Positions 21,985-33,526 of a stretch of DNA of 44,596 nt are shown here, piece by piece (positions within the stretch are counted from its first letter, which is position 1; every line of letters begins with the position of its first letter). The translations under genes were made by a program, and so were the position numbers. The stretch is from Octopus sinensis (lineage: Eukaryota). Under the pieces are notes generated by a model. The model did not search any database. It was not told the origin of the DNA and worked only from the letters and a program-made list of their open reading frames with translations. The stretch spans positions 1-44,596 of the forward strand of contig NW_021834971.1 in NCBI RefSeq assembly GCF_006345805.1, read 5' to 3'.

Positions 21985-22306
21985 CCCCTTCACTCATGAA
22001 TGACCACGAGATTGCACTTAGAAAGTTCCCCTGCGAGGCACAAGTCCAGAGAAAGTTGTTTGTGGGAGACCAGCAGTCGCCCACGCATATCAACCTCCTC
22101 CTCTCCACGCCCCGATGTTATTCAAGGGAAAGGCAAAGCGGCCGATACAACTTGGCACCAGTGACGACGCAACTCAATTCTACAGCTGAGTGAATTGGAG
22201 CAACGTGAAATAAAGTGTCTTGCTCAAGAACAAAACACACAACCAGGTCCAGAAATTGAACTCACAATCACATGGTTGTGAGCCCGATGCTCTAACCACT
22301 GAGCCA
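21985..22306 (-). mobile_element. Family C SINE
   Basis: Colinear with 19552-19881. Confidence 0.87.
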
Positions 22307-23324
22307 TATAACCCAACCTATATGTGTGTGTGTGTGTGTGTGCGTGTGTGCGCGTGTGTTTGTGTATGTGCGCGTGTATGTACTTATGTACAGACACACA
22401 CACATTTAGATATGCTCCCATTTTTCTGACCTTAATTTAATAATGTTTGATTGAAACAGTTTCGGTTTTTATGTTTTCATCAGTGATGTGAAGTGATGAT
22501 GTTGATAGTGATGATGTTGATAGTGATGATGGTAATTTGATGTTGACGTTATTATTGTTGAGTATTTTGTGGTGATTTTTCAAATTGTAGAAATAATATA
22601 TTGTCAACATTTGATGAAAAATATTTCTAATTTTTGTTGAACTTTCAGAGAATTATATTTCCGTTATATTAACTTTCTCTAAAAATATATGTAGCTGTCA
22701 TTTAAATATTGTTTGTTAAATATACTTATATAATTTCAATTTGTTTATAAAGTATATTCGATATATTTCTATTTTTGGTTAAAATATATTGATATAATAT
22801 ATTCTATTTTTTTAATAAAATATATTCATGATATATGACTTTTTTTTAATATAAAATATATTTATGCTTAAAATTTTAGTAAAACAAATATGGCCGATTT
22901 TTTTAGTGACATTTTATTTTAAGTTTTAAGAGTTCTCTTGAAATATATTTAATATATTTGTACTTCAGTAAAATTTATTTGAGGTTCTCATTTTTTTGGT
23001 AGCAATATTTTTTCCTTTGTTATTTAGAATTTCGAAAGATGTCATTTAATATTAAAAAAACATACAAAACAAACACACATTAATGTCACAAGTCAACAAA
23101 ATACACTAGTTTTTCACGAGAGCTGAAATTAGCCTTTTACGAATGCAGTTTTGACGCTGATGTCGGATCTTTAGTTTTTTCTCTCTCTCGTAGCACAGTA
23201 TTTAACAAATGATAACTTCTAGCTTTCCTAAATCTTATTTTTACTCTTGGTGTATTAAATAATATACAAAATTTATTCGTTGCAGAACCTAAATCACACA
23301 GCAATTTATTTTATGATCTTTCAT

Positions 23325-23765
23325 CTTTTACTTGTTTAAGTCCTTGGAGTGCGGCCATGCTGTACACGGCCTTGAAGGGTTTCCGTCTACCAAATCCACT
23401 CACAAAGCTTTGATTTCCCGAAGTTGTAGTAGAAGACTCTTGCCCGAGGTGTCATGCAGCGGGACTGAACCTAGAACTATGTGGTGTGAAGCTAGCTTCT
23501 TATCACACAGCCACACATGCGTCTTATATATAACTAATTTTAACCACGTGTGTATGTTTGTGTACGTGTGTGTATGCATGTTGTGTTTGTGTTTGTGTTT
23601 GTGTTTGCATCCCTCTACCGCTTGGCAATCGGTGTTGGTTTGTTTACATTCGTGTTACGTAGCAGTCGGGAATAACTTAAAAAACGTATGTCTTGGAGTC
23701 GATCTGTTCGACCAGGGCTCTCCAAAGCGGCCCTGCAGTATGACTGCAACATATAAAAGATAAAC
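23325..23765. mobile_element. Family B pieces: internally deleted minus copy (23325-23520) and plus-strand 3' module (23590-23765)
   Basis: TCCGTCTACCAAATCCACTCACAAAGC, CAGCGGGACTGAACC, and ATCGGTGTTGGTTTGTTTACAT...CCAGCATGGCC-like motifs. Confidence 0.75.
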
Positions 23766-23998
23766 GGTAAAACGCTGAATTGTTTTCTTTGATCATCGCT
23801 AATTATATGAAGAGTGTCCTGGAAACAAATCCACGTGAGAATGTTGGCAGAATATTTTTATCGAATTCCAACAACTGGTTTTTTTAGCGGCTTCAAAGGA
23901 TGTTTCGCAATCTCTGACTCTATACGCAGAAAAAGAATTATTATTATCAAGGTGTCCCTTGATTGTATCGGTCACCAACGAAGTGTATTTTATGTTTT

Positions 23999-24640
23999 AG
24001 CTTTTACTTGTTTCATTCATTGGGCTACGGCTATACTGGAGCATCGCCTTGGAGGTGGGGAGGGGAGTTTAAGTCGAACAAATCAACTTCAGTACTTTTT
24101 ATTTTTGAAATTTGATACTTATTCTATAGGTTCATTTTGCCGAACCACTATATTAGGGAGACACATACAAACACACGCACTCACACTCACGCGCACACGC
24201 ACACACACTCGTGCATACACACACACACACTCGCTTATACACGCACACACACTCGTTCACACGCACACACTCGCTCACACGCACACACACTCGCTTATAC
24301 ACGCACACACACTCGCTCACACGCACACACACTCGCTTATACACGCACACACACTCGCTCACACGCACACACACTCGTTCACACACGCACACACACTCGC
24401 ACACGCACACACACTCGCTTACACATGCACACACACTCGCGCTCACTCGCACACACACGTACACACGCATATTTATTATAAGTGACATGCTTCCACACAG
24501 TTTCCGTCCACAAAATTCATTTGCAAATCATTGGTCGACTAGGGCTATATAAGATACCTGCCTCATGAGCCGTGCAGTGGGACTGAAACCGAAACTACGC
24601 GGCTGCAAAGCCAGCTTCTTAACCATGGAACCATGCTGGC
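23999..24640 (-). mobile_element. Family B composite SINE whose internal repeat has expanded into a ~300-bp CA-rich minisatellite
   Basis: 3' module at 23999-24170, ACACGCACACACACTCGC(TTAT/TC) units at 24175-24470, head at 24490-24640. Confidence 0.8.
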
Positions 24641-24820
24641 ACCTATTTACAACCATGCCTGCATCTATCTGTTGTTAAAAGATAGTCGCTGTGTCGTAGC
24701 TGGGAATGTACCTCGAACGTAGCAGAAAATAACTGGATGACTTTTACACTCACAAAGTATACAGATTAAATACTAATGACATCAGTAAGTATTTTGAAAA
24801 AAAAAAGAACAAAAAAAACA

Positions 24821-24986
24821 TACCGTATTTGGTGACATAAAAGACTCACGTGTGTATAAGACGCATCCCATTTTCAGTAGCGCATATTGAACGGAAATAT
24901 AGGCTCAACGTCGCATATAGGACAACAGGTGATCTTTTGAGCCATTTTTCAGAAAGAGTGCTCTTAATATGCCGTCAAATACGGTA
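24821..24986. mobile_element. MITE with TACCGTATTT...AAATACGGTA ends (Tc1/mariner/pogo type, TA target duplication)
   Basis: Perfect 11-bp terminal inverted repeats, extending degenerately to ~25 bp. Length 166 bp. Confidence 0.75.
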
Positions 24987-25292
24987 CTATTTATATTTCA
25001 AAAATATTTATACAAAAATAAGTTTCGTCTCAAAACTTGTACCTGCTATTGAAAAGCTGAAAACCATTTTAAAAATCAGAATCATGATAAATTATGGTTT
25101 CTCAAAACCATCTTGGAAATTCTTTCTTGAGAAATCTGTAAATAGATGACACGATAAGACGTTGGAGTGAATACTTAATGATTTCCGGTTTAAGTAGTTT
25201 TATTTTCTGGAGTTAAATCATAAAAGTCTGAGTTAAAATCTTGCTGAGGTCATCTTCACTTTTATATTGTTTTCGGTCACGAAAAATAATAT

Positions 25293-25722
25293 TTATTTCT
25301 TTATTGCCCACAGGGGGATAAACATAGATGGGAAAAACAAGAACAAAGGGATTGAGTCGATTACATCGACCCCAGTGCGTAACTGGTATTTATTTAATCG
25401 GCCCCCAAACAATGAAAGGGAAAGTCGACCTCGGTGGAATTTGAACTCAGAACGTAACGGCATACGAAATACGGCTACGCATTTTGCCGGGTGTGCTAAC
25501 GATTCTTATTTCTTTATTGCCCACAAGGGGCTAAACACAGATAGGACAAACAAGGACAGACAAACGGATTAAGTCGATTATATCGACACCAGTGCGTAAT
25601 CGGCCCCGATAGGATGAAATGCAATGTCGACCTCGGCGGAATTTGAACTCAGAACGTAACGGTAGACGAAATACCGCTAGGCATTTCGCTCGGCGTGCTA
25701 ACGACTCTGCCATCTCGCCGCC
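25293..25722 (-). mobile_element. Family A SINE dimer flanked by a 15-bp target-site duplication
   Basis: CACGAAAAATAATAT (25278-25292) and CACGAAAAATATTAT (25725-25739). Internal junction at GCTAACGATTC|TTATTTC (25505/25506). Confidence 0.88.
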
Positions 25723-25997
25723 CCCACGAAAAATATTATTAGTCAAGTATTTGACCGGATTTAAGTGAGTTTATTCATTCCTCAAAATTTGTAGTTTTCA
25801 GCAAAAGTCCGATATGGATTGGAGCAGAATGTGATACTTTGTAAGAAACTATTGGACAGGACAGTGTTAATGTGTGCGTTTCAAATTTCAGTTCCACTTA
25901 TTTTTAGCTGTTTCAGTTCATAAAATTACTTCAACGAAGAATGGTTGACAAGAAAACTATGAATTACTATGTTTAGATATAATAATTTATATGTTAT

Positions 25998-26205
25998 TAT
26001 GTGGGTTGCTGAAAATTCCTGGCTTTGGGTAAAAGAAAATACAGGAAGATCAGCTAATTATGATTTTATTTAATATATTCCTCTCTCAGATTCACACACT
26101 TACTGCAGCAGTCATTCAGTTTTTCTAAGACCTGTAAAAGAACTCTGAAGGTTGGGTCTCCAAGCAGGTTTTTCGCGATACCCTTAAAACCAGGAACTCT
26201 TAATT
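25998..26205 (-). mobile_element. Mariner-derived MITE retaining the transposase C-terminus
   Basis: Left terminal repeat TATGTGGGTTGCTGAAAATTCCTGGCTTT, degraded right repeat AAAACCAGGAACT. The minus frame LQVLEKLNDCCSKCVNLREEYIK* resembles the mariner C-terminal L..R..KC....G.YVE* motif. Confidence 0.75.
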
Positions 26206-26412
26206 TATTGTGAGTTTGGTTGTTATGGTACTAGTCGTGGCATCTGTTGGTGAATGAAAATGTATTTCTTGGAGTGGGAAGAAGTAACTAACAACCCTCA
26301 CGAACATTTAACAATAGATTTTATTACTGCATGTAGCGTTTTCTGTGTTGGTCTTTTACAAATAATAACAGAAATAATTACATACAGCGTGAGACATACT
26401 GTTGGGACTTAC

Positions 26413-26495
26413 GACAAGTTAACTGATATAGCAATCCATGGCTGGCCCAAAGCAACCGGAAAGTAGTTGCGCTATATTCGTGGTGATAAAAATTC
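26413..26495 (-). CDS. Candidate exon NFYHHEYSATTFRLLWASHGLLYQLTC (phase 2-1), or the 3' part of a non-coding first exon
   Basis: Consensus donor C|GTAAGT at 26413/26412 in a non-repetitive island. The acceptor lacks a pyrimidine tract. Confidence 0.25.
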
Positions 26496-26597
26496 CTGTC
26501 TGTTATCTGTCATCAGTCTTAATTGGCGGGATCGGATGATGAGAACGGAGACGTCATGCAGCTGCTTCAACATGTTGTAAATACTGCCAAAACCACC

Positions 26598-26722
26598 TTT
26601 ATATAGGGCACAAGGTTCTAGAATATCTAATAATGCAACGGCCTGACGTTGGCTGGTTGTTTAATAGACCGATCACGTGAAACTGCTGTGATTTGGTAGT
26701 GATGTCTGCTCAGCTACGTCAC
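26598..26722 (-). promoter_or_regulatory. Candidate TATA promoter with CRE half-sites and an E-box
   Basis: TATATAAA on the minus strand (26605-26598), ~185 nt upstream of a consensus donor. TGACGT at ~26644 and ~26716-26721, CACGTG at ~26675, TGACGTC at ~26550. Confidence 0.3.
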
Positions 26723-28084
26723 AATTTGGTTGCGAATTCATAAACAGGGATACCACAGTAGGTTATCATTTCTTGGGAATGAATAATGGTTGGGTTATTA
26801 GATGTTGCAATATTGTCCAAACCACTATTATAAATATAAATTCCTTATTAATGGAATGGGATTTAAAAACCTATTTTTGTATCGATAAAACAAATACCAG
26901 CCATGAAATGATAGTTTTATTCAAGTGATTATCTCCACTTTCAAACAAATTTATGGTCTTGATCTAAAATTAAAAGTCAATATTTTTATCGAAATACTAT
27001 TTAAGTTTTCTTTAAATTCATTGATAAACTTTCTTTTAATCTTTGTGTCATCGATTTCAATGTCTTAAATTTTTATGTTTTAAAGAAATATATTTTCATA
27101 TGTTTGAATTTTAGTAAAATAAATATCAGACTTCTTATTTTTTTTGCATAGGAAATATTTACTTGTTTTATCAGGTTTACAAAAAGGTGTTATCAGATCT
27201 TTTTACAATCTTAAGAAAACCCAAAACAACTAAAACAAAAGTTATATGATTTGGCTATTCTACGCCATTTTCAGCAAATCATTATATTATATCAATATTA
27301 AGTAAAACGTTATAGTTTTTTCAATTTTTAACAAGTTTTTTGTTAATATTTTTTATTGAAATATTTTTCAGATATTCAAATTTTTGTGTAAACCTAAATT
27401 TGTTTCTATTTTTTAAAATATACTATATTTAGTTATTTAATTTCAATTTTCTTTTCTATGATTTTTACTGAAATATATTTAACCAATATTTAAAAAAAAT
27501 ATAAATCGGTTAAAACATTTTGTTTTCAATAATATCTTTAGTAAAACATTATTATAAAGCATACACAACAATTCACCATTTTTACTGAAATAATATATTT
27601 CTGCTTTGGAGAAATTTATTATGGAACAATAAAAGAAAATACTGAAACGTATTAGATTCTTAATAAAATTCTTAGCGACAGACACACACATATTTTGTAT
27701 TAACAGAGGTTGTATACACTTCCTATTACGTATTGGGTACTTTTTCAATCGTTTGTAAAACCAGTTACCAATGCACGTACACGTATACAAACACATACAC
27801 ACACACACGCACGCGTACATACATACACACTCATGTATGTATGTATATATGTATATGATATTTTTACGAGGAGAGAAGTGATAGTGACTTCGATATTTCG
27901 ACCGTCTGGACTTTAACAGATAGTCTGATGACTTATTCTTAGCCGTCTTGTAGAAATATCATAAATAAGGCATGACTATGTGGTAAGAACTCTGCTTCTC
28001 AACCACTAGGTATCAGGTTCAACTACGTGGCATCTTCAATCTGGGCAGGTTAGCTAATTAGATGCCTTGCAATGATATATTAAA

Positions 28085-28353
28085 AATGAGCACTTCGTAT
28101 CTGTACATACATACATACATACATACATACATACATACATACATACATACATGCATGCATGCATACATACATACAAACACACATACATACACACACACAT
28201 ACATACATACATACATACATACATACTACATACATACATACATGCATACATACATACGGACATATGTACGTACGTATGCATGTTTGTATGTATGTATATA
28301 TGTATATATATATGTATATATATGTATATATGTATATATATATACACACACAA

Positions 28354-28404
<51 letters not shown>

Positions 28405-28780
28405 CGCATACATATATTTACACACACATGCACACATACATATATACCTTATGTTACATATAGATATGTATATAGATATACACAGATACATACACACAGA
28501 CATGCACACACACTCACACACACACTCACACACACACTCACACACACACACATATAGACATGCACAGATGTATATATATACATATACACACACAAATATA
28601 TACATATATATATGTACATACATATCTACATTGATATATATTCAAATGTATGCATATATGTGTATGTATCAATATATATGAATGTCTCTCTCTCTCTCCT
28701 TTTGTATTTCTCTCTCTCTTTCTCTCGTTCTCTCTCTCTCTCTTTACTTTCTCTGTATATATATATATATATATCCATTC
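28085..28780. repeat. Compound (TACA)/(TA)/(CA)/(CT) microsatellite block
   Basis: Read directly from the sequence; source of ORFs 28054-28786. Confidence 0.95.
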
Positions 28781-29010
28781 TTTCATTGTTAATTGTTACT
28801 GAATTTTATTTTCGATTTTATTCGAAGTATATTTTATATTTCCAAATGCTAAGGGAATCGCACGTTCAATGCTGAATATTAATTACGACCGAAATTTGCT
28901 TCAAGTCATGAAGCGATGCCAAATAAAAACTAAAAACAACAGAATACTGAATGTAGCGACTTATTTTCTGTTTAAGTTGAGAAAAACAGTTTCTTTATCA
29001 TTAAATTTTT

Positions 29011-29053
<43 letters not shown>

Positions 29054-29054
29054 G

Positions 29055-29114
<60 letters not shown>

Positions 29115-29186
29115 GTGCTACTTTTATAAGAACAAGAACTGAAAGTTTTACTAACGATTCTGCTAGCACACCATATCATTATTATG

Positions 29187-29405
29187 AGGTGGCTGAAGAA
29201 GTCGGCGAGCCAGGACAATCGTTAGCAAGTCGGACAAAAATATTGAGCGGCATTTCTTCCGTCTTTACGTTCTACGTTCAAATTCCGCCGAGTTCAACTT
29301 TGCATTTCCTCCTTTTGGAGTCGATAAAATAAGTACCCGTTGACCCATCGACCCATCCCCTCCACCAAAATTGCTGCCCTTGTGGGAAAATTTGAAATCA
29401 TTATT
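29187..29405 (+). mobile_element. Family A SINE
   Basis: GTTCAAATTCCGCCGAG and GTCGATAAAATAAGTACC motifs, with tail AAAATTGCTGCCCTTGTG..AAAATTTGAAA. Confidence 0.8.
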
Positions 29406-29424
29406 ATTCAGTTCTATATTTAAG

Positions 29425-29680
29425 AGATGAGGAATTATGTACATTATTTACATTTGACGGATATTTGTCCTCATCTTCTTTGTTGTTAACACAACGTTTC
29501 GGCTGATATACTCTCCAGCCTTCATCAGGTGTCTTGAGGAAATTTCAAACCTGGGTTATCATTCCTAAGGTATTTTTCGATGTTATAATAATAATGATAA
29601 TTATTCATGTCACTACCTGGAATCGAACTCGGAATCTTGGGGTTAGTAGCCCGCGCTCTTAACCACTACGCCATATGCTC
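29425..29680 (-). mobile_element. Family E: tRNA-derived head fused to a hammerhead-bearing (Penelope-like) tail
   Basis: Minus strand: TGGCGTAGTGG A box, GTTCGATTCC B box (29680-29612), a short (ATT/ATC) run, then the hammerhead motif at 29533-29488. Confidence 0.75.
29488..29533 (-). ncRNA. Minimal type I hammerhead-ribozyme-like motif
   Basis: GACAC CTGATGA A GGCTGG-agagtata-TCAGCC GAAAC GTT GTGTT. Helix I is 5 bp, helix II is 6 bp, and the helix III region is the palindrome AACGTT. Confidence 0.72.
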
Positions 29681-29759
29681 TCGGTTAAGAGCGCCATAGG
29701 AGAGTTTGTATAATGCAGTTATACAGGCACACACCACGATGTTCTGGACTCATTACATG

Positions 29760-30030
29760 ACACTTTGGGTAAGTGTGTCCTATTATAGCTTCGGACCGAC
29801 GAAAGCCTTGTGAGTGGATTTGGTAGACGGAAACTGAAAGAAGCCTGTCGCATATAAAAAGCACATATGTACGCGCGCGACCATCTGTGCGAGTGTGCGC
29901 GCGTGTGTATGTGTGTATGTGTGTGTGAATGTTTGTCTACCTATACCGCTAGGCAACCGGTGTTCGTGTGTTTACATCCCTGTAATGAGCCGTTTCGGCC
30001 AAAGAAACCCATGGAATAAGCACCAAACTA
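29760..30030 (+). mobile_element. Family B composite SINE (5'-truncated)
   Basis: CORE-like CACTTTGGGTAAGTGTG...GTGAGTGGATTTGGTAGACGGAAACTGAAAG, an internal (TG)/(GC) repeat, and a 3' module fragment. Confidence 0.8.
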
Positions 30031-30232
30031 TATATATGTATGTGTATATATATATGTGTGTGGGGGTGGGGTAGGATTGTGGGTGGGTAGGTGTATCCTC
30101 TTTCTTTTCTTTTCTTTCCTGAGCGTCTAATAACACTGTACTTATTCCACGTCCTCGCGTTATTGTTTTTTCTTGCTTGTTCATGTTTGGATTGAGTAGG
30201 GCATCAGAGTCAAATAATTAAACGATTATATA

Positions 30233-30270
<38 letters not shown>

Positions 30271-30274
30271 GAGG

Positions 30275-30564
30275 AGCATTCCGTTGGTTACGACGACGTG
30301 GGTCCCAGCTGATACGATCAATGGAACAGCTTGTTCGTGAGATTAACGTGCAAGTAGTTGAGCACTCCACAGACACGTGTACTTTTAACGTAGTTCTCGG
30401 GGAGATTCAGCGTGATACAAAGTGTGACAAGGCCGGCCATTTGAAGTACAGGTACTACTCATTTTTGCCAGCTGAGTGGATTGGAGCAACGTGAAATAAA
30501 GTGCCTTACTCAAGGACACAACGCGTCGCCGGGAACTGAACTCACAACTTTACGATCGTGAGCC
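30275..30564 (-). mobile_element. Chimeric SINE: family C head/CORE joined to the family D type-2 tail
   Basis: 30465-30564 matches 19757-19850; 30275-30450 matches 3673-3835. Confidence 0.85.
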
Positions 30565-30736
30565 TAGGGCGGGTGAAATTCCCAAAATCCATGTACAAAT
30601 TCTCTCCAGCGATCCTTGTCCCTCATCATCGCTGCCATGTCCTGCGTCTCCCAGAAACCAGTACCTGTCCTTAGGGTATTAACTTATGTCATCCTCGGTC
30701 TCCCTTTTCTAGTGTGTCCATATAGGGGCACCCATA

Positions 30737-30737
<1 letters not shown>
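30565..30737 (-). mobile_element. RTE-clade LINE C-terminal fragment
   Basis: Translates to VWVPLYGHTRKGRPRMT*VNTLRTGTGFWETQDMAAMMRDKDRWREFV, resembling the RTE ORF end (W.P..G.R..GRP....D.L........M.DR..WR). Confidence 0.75.
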
Positions 30738-30773
<36 letters not shown>

Positions 30774-30966
30774 ATAAGTCTCTGAGCGAGGTATAAACTC
30801 GGGTCCGTGTGTATCACGTGAGGCTGGAGATGGGAACGATGACTTCCCTTTGCAAATACCGATAGGGCACAGGTAGTGTGTCTATAGCCAGCTGGAGGAG
30901 ATGTCTTTCTGGGGCTCCAAGCTACAGTAGCATCGACCCTTAATGTTTAGCACATTTAGGTGGCAA

Positions 30967-31002
<36 letters not shown>

Positions 31003-31392
31003 ATTACATGGATATAAGTATATTTATATATCTCTGTATACTACGCCCTTATATATATTAACACGCGTATACCCAGACACAGATGCAGTCACATATGAAC
31101 ACATGCACACGCACACACACACAACACACACACACACACACACACACATACGCACACACCGGGGTGCATATCCATTATGATCTATTAAGAAATGTAAGCT
31201 CATGCGTGAATATATATTACTTTGCGATATAATTTTACGCGTTACAATCGCATCTGCAGAGACAACAAATAGTTTGCAATGAGTTGTGACTCGGAGATTG
31301 ATAAAGCTATCTGTTTTATTCCAAGTAGTAGAGCGAGGCAAACGTTCTTTTAGATAGGAATATTTATAGTGATTGTTTGAGCAAGTTTTCAC

Positions 31393-31443
31393 CAGAAGTA
31401 TGTTTGAGGAAGAACTGGCGTCGTTATATCCGGAAATAGATGT
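31393..31443 (-). CDS. Candidate 51-nt symmetric exon (HLFPDITTPVLPQTYF in phase 2, or TSISGYNDASSSSNILL in phase 0)
   Basis: Long pyrimidine tract ending ATGCAG, donor CTG|GTGAAA, inside a non-repetitive island. Confidence 0.22.
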
Positions 31444-31616
31444 CTGCATTAATACGATGATTAAGATGACGGGGGAAATGAGATCGCACAAAAGAAATGA
31501 AAGAACGAATGAATGATAGAAAATCAGACACACACACACATGTATATACCTACAAGTATATGATATATAACATATATACAATATGTACATATTTACATAC
31601 ATATATATATACATAC

Positions 31617-31699
<83 letters not shown>

Positions 31700-32862
31700 G
31701 TACTGAGCGAAAGAGAGAGAGAGAGAGAGAGAGAGTGAGGGAGAGTGTGTGTGTAAAGGAAAAAGTGTTTGAGAAAAAATTATGAAGAGTAAAACGATAA
31801 TCGATTTATGAGACACACACACACACATACACACACACATACACAAACTCTCTCACACACATACGCATACAAATACTAACACACATACACGCACAAATTA
31901 TTTTTAAATATGGTTCACTCTGTCTCCACGTCGAGCATTTCGAGTGTTCACCTGCATTCAGTTAAGTATGTATGTATGTATGTATGTATGTATGTATGTA
32001 TGTATGTATGTATGTATGTATGTATGTATGTATGCATGTGTAAATGCACGTATCTACGCATGTATATATATGTGTGTACGAATATTCTGTTTTTTTTCTT
32101 GTTATTTAAATTCTTCCCGAGTAAGCAACTAGTTTATCTAAAAATACAAAACTCTTGGAATGTCGATTAAAAACATAATGTCACATCTTAAACTTGAGAA
32201 AAGTTTTGCATATCTTTACTGTTCCACTTACAAATTGTATTTATAATGTGCGAGTTGGTTGATTTCTTTTTCTGAAAACCCTAACTTATCCCGATTGTTA
32301 CATAGGTATTTACTCCCAAAACCAAATGCACCAATCATTATTGGTAATTCTTTCTGTTCTCGAGTTTTATTTTCATTTTATTCTATAATCTGTACTTTGT
32401 GCTTCATGTGAATACATGTCACAAACCAAAATGTATTTATCCTCTTTACTATCTCCATAACAGCTCGATAAGTGTTGCTCTGATAGCTAACTTTCAATGC
32501 AGAAACGCCGGTCCTAACGAGGAGCTTGGCGTTTAAGTTCATATCTATTTGAGTACTACTCAGCGTTATCTATCTTGAGCTCATTTCAGCTTCCACCTGT
32601 TATATATATATATATATATATGTATTTATTAAAGAGGACAACTGACGCTAAGGCAAGACAAACATCTCAAGTCATATACGTTATTATTAAAAAATTCACC
32701 CACCGTACCTAGTCGTTTAGATCACCTGTGAACTAAACCCTTATAATTTGTGTGTATATATATATTTATAAATTAACATCTAATGTAGGATAAAATTTTT
32801 CGAAAAAAATTCTATCAATGGCCAGCATATTAAAAAATACATTTAAAGGTTCAATTTATAAA

Positions 32863-33243
32863 CAATTTATAAGTAAGAGCAAAAGAAAAAAATTTCTAAC
32901 GCCAAAATATGCCGAAAACATACATTACATCAATAACCATGTAATTTATCACTACAAGCACGCGTTTCGTACCCACGGAAGAAGGGTATACCCATGTAAG
33001 AAGGGTATAAGTAAGTATTTCATTTATTTCTTTGCTGCATTTATCACTGATGAAGGGAAGGTTCTTATGAACTAACTCTGAAATCGGGTCCGATATCGTA
33101 ATAACGGGATTTTTTAGAAATTTCTGTCGGCTTTCTTCGAAACGCGTGCTTTTAGTGATAAATTACATGGTTATTGACGTTGTGTCTGTTTTCGGCAAAT
33201 TTTGGCGATAGAAAATTTTTATTTTGCTCTTACTTATGAATTG
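32863..33243. repeat. Foldback: ~105-bp inverted repeats (32863-32968 and 33137-33243), roughly 90% identical by eye, around a ~170-bp spacer
   Basis: CAATT.ATAAGTAAGAGCAAAA...CAATAACCATGTAATTTATCACTA.AAGCACGCGTTTCG and its reverse complement. Confidence 0.88.
33042..33095 (+). ncRNA. Type I hammerhead-ribozyme-like motif in the foldback spacer
   Basis: TATCA CTGATGA(33047-33053) AGGG-AA-GGTTC-ttat-GAACT-AA-CTCT GAAA(33080-33083) T-CGG-GTC(33088-33090) CGATA. Helix I is 4 bp with an A-C mismatch next to the core. Confidence 0.6.
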
Positions 33244-33272
33244 TGTGTGTATATATATATATAGTAATACTA

Positions 33273-33526
33273 TATAATTAGGGTTCAGCAACGATTTGCT
33301 TCACCACATACCGAAGTTTAGAAATAGCAGTCAAAAAATCTTAGCTATTCCTTCTACTTTAAAAGCACTTGAAAACAATCCACGCAGGCAAAAGGGAAAA
33401 ATAACGAAAATCAATCGGTTTTTCTGGGAGCCCCTTTTAAAGTAGAAGGAATAGCTAAGATTTTTTGACTGCTATTTCTAAACTTCGGTATGTGGTGAAG
33501 CAAATCGTTGCTGAACCCTAATTATA
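33273..33526. repeat. Perfect 93-bp inverted repeat (33273-33365 and 33434-33526) with a 68-bp spacer; MITE or foldback
   Basis: Base-by-base comparison found no mismatch. Both ends are TA. Confidence 0.95.

Noticed and set aside
23814-24485. 223-aa ORF
   Set aside because: It is composed mostly of a SINE module and a CA minisatellite; the unique N-terminal 60 codons have no support.
29612-29680. tRNA-Ser gene
   Set aside because: A and B boxes are present, but the acceptor stem does not pair and the sequence continues into a repeat tail. It is a SINE head, as are the other tRNA-like heads.
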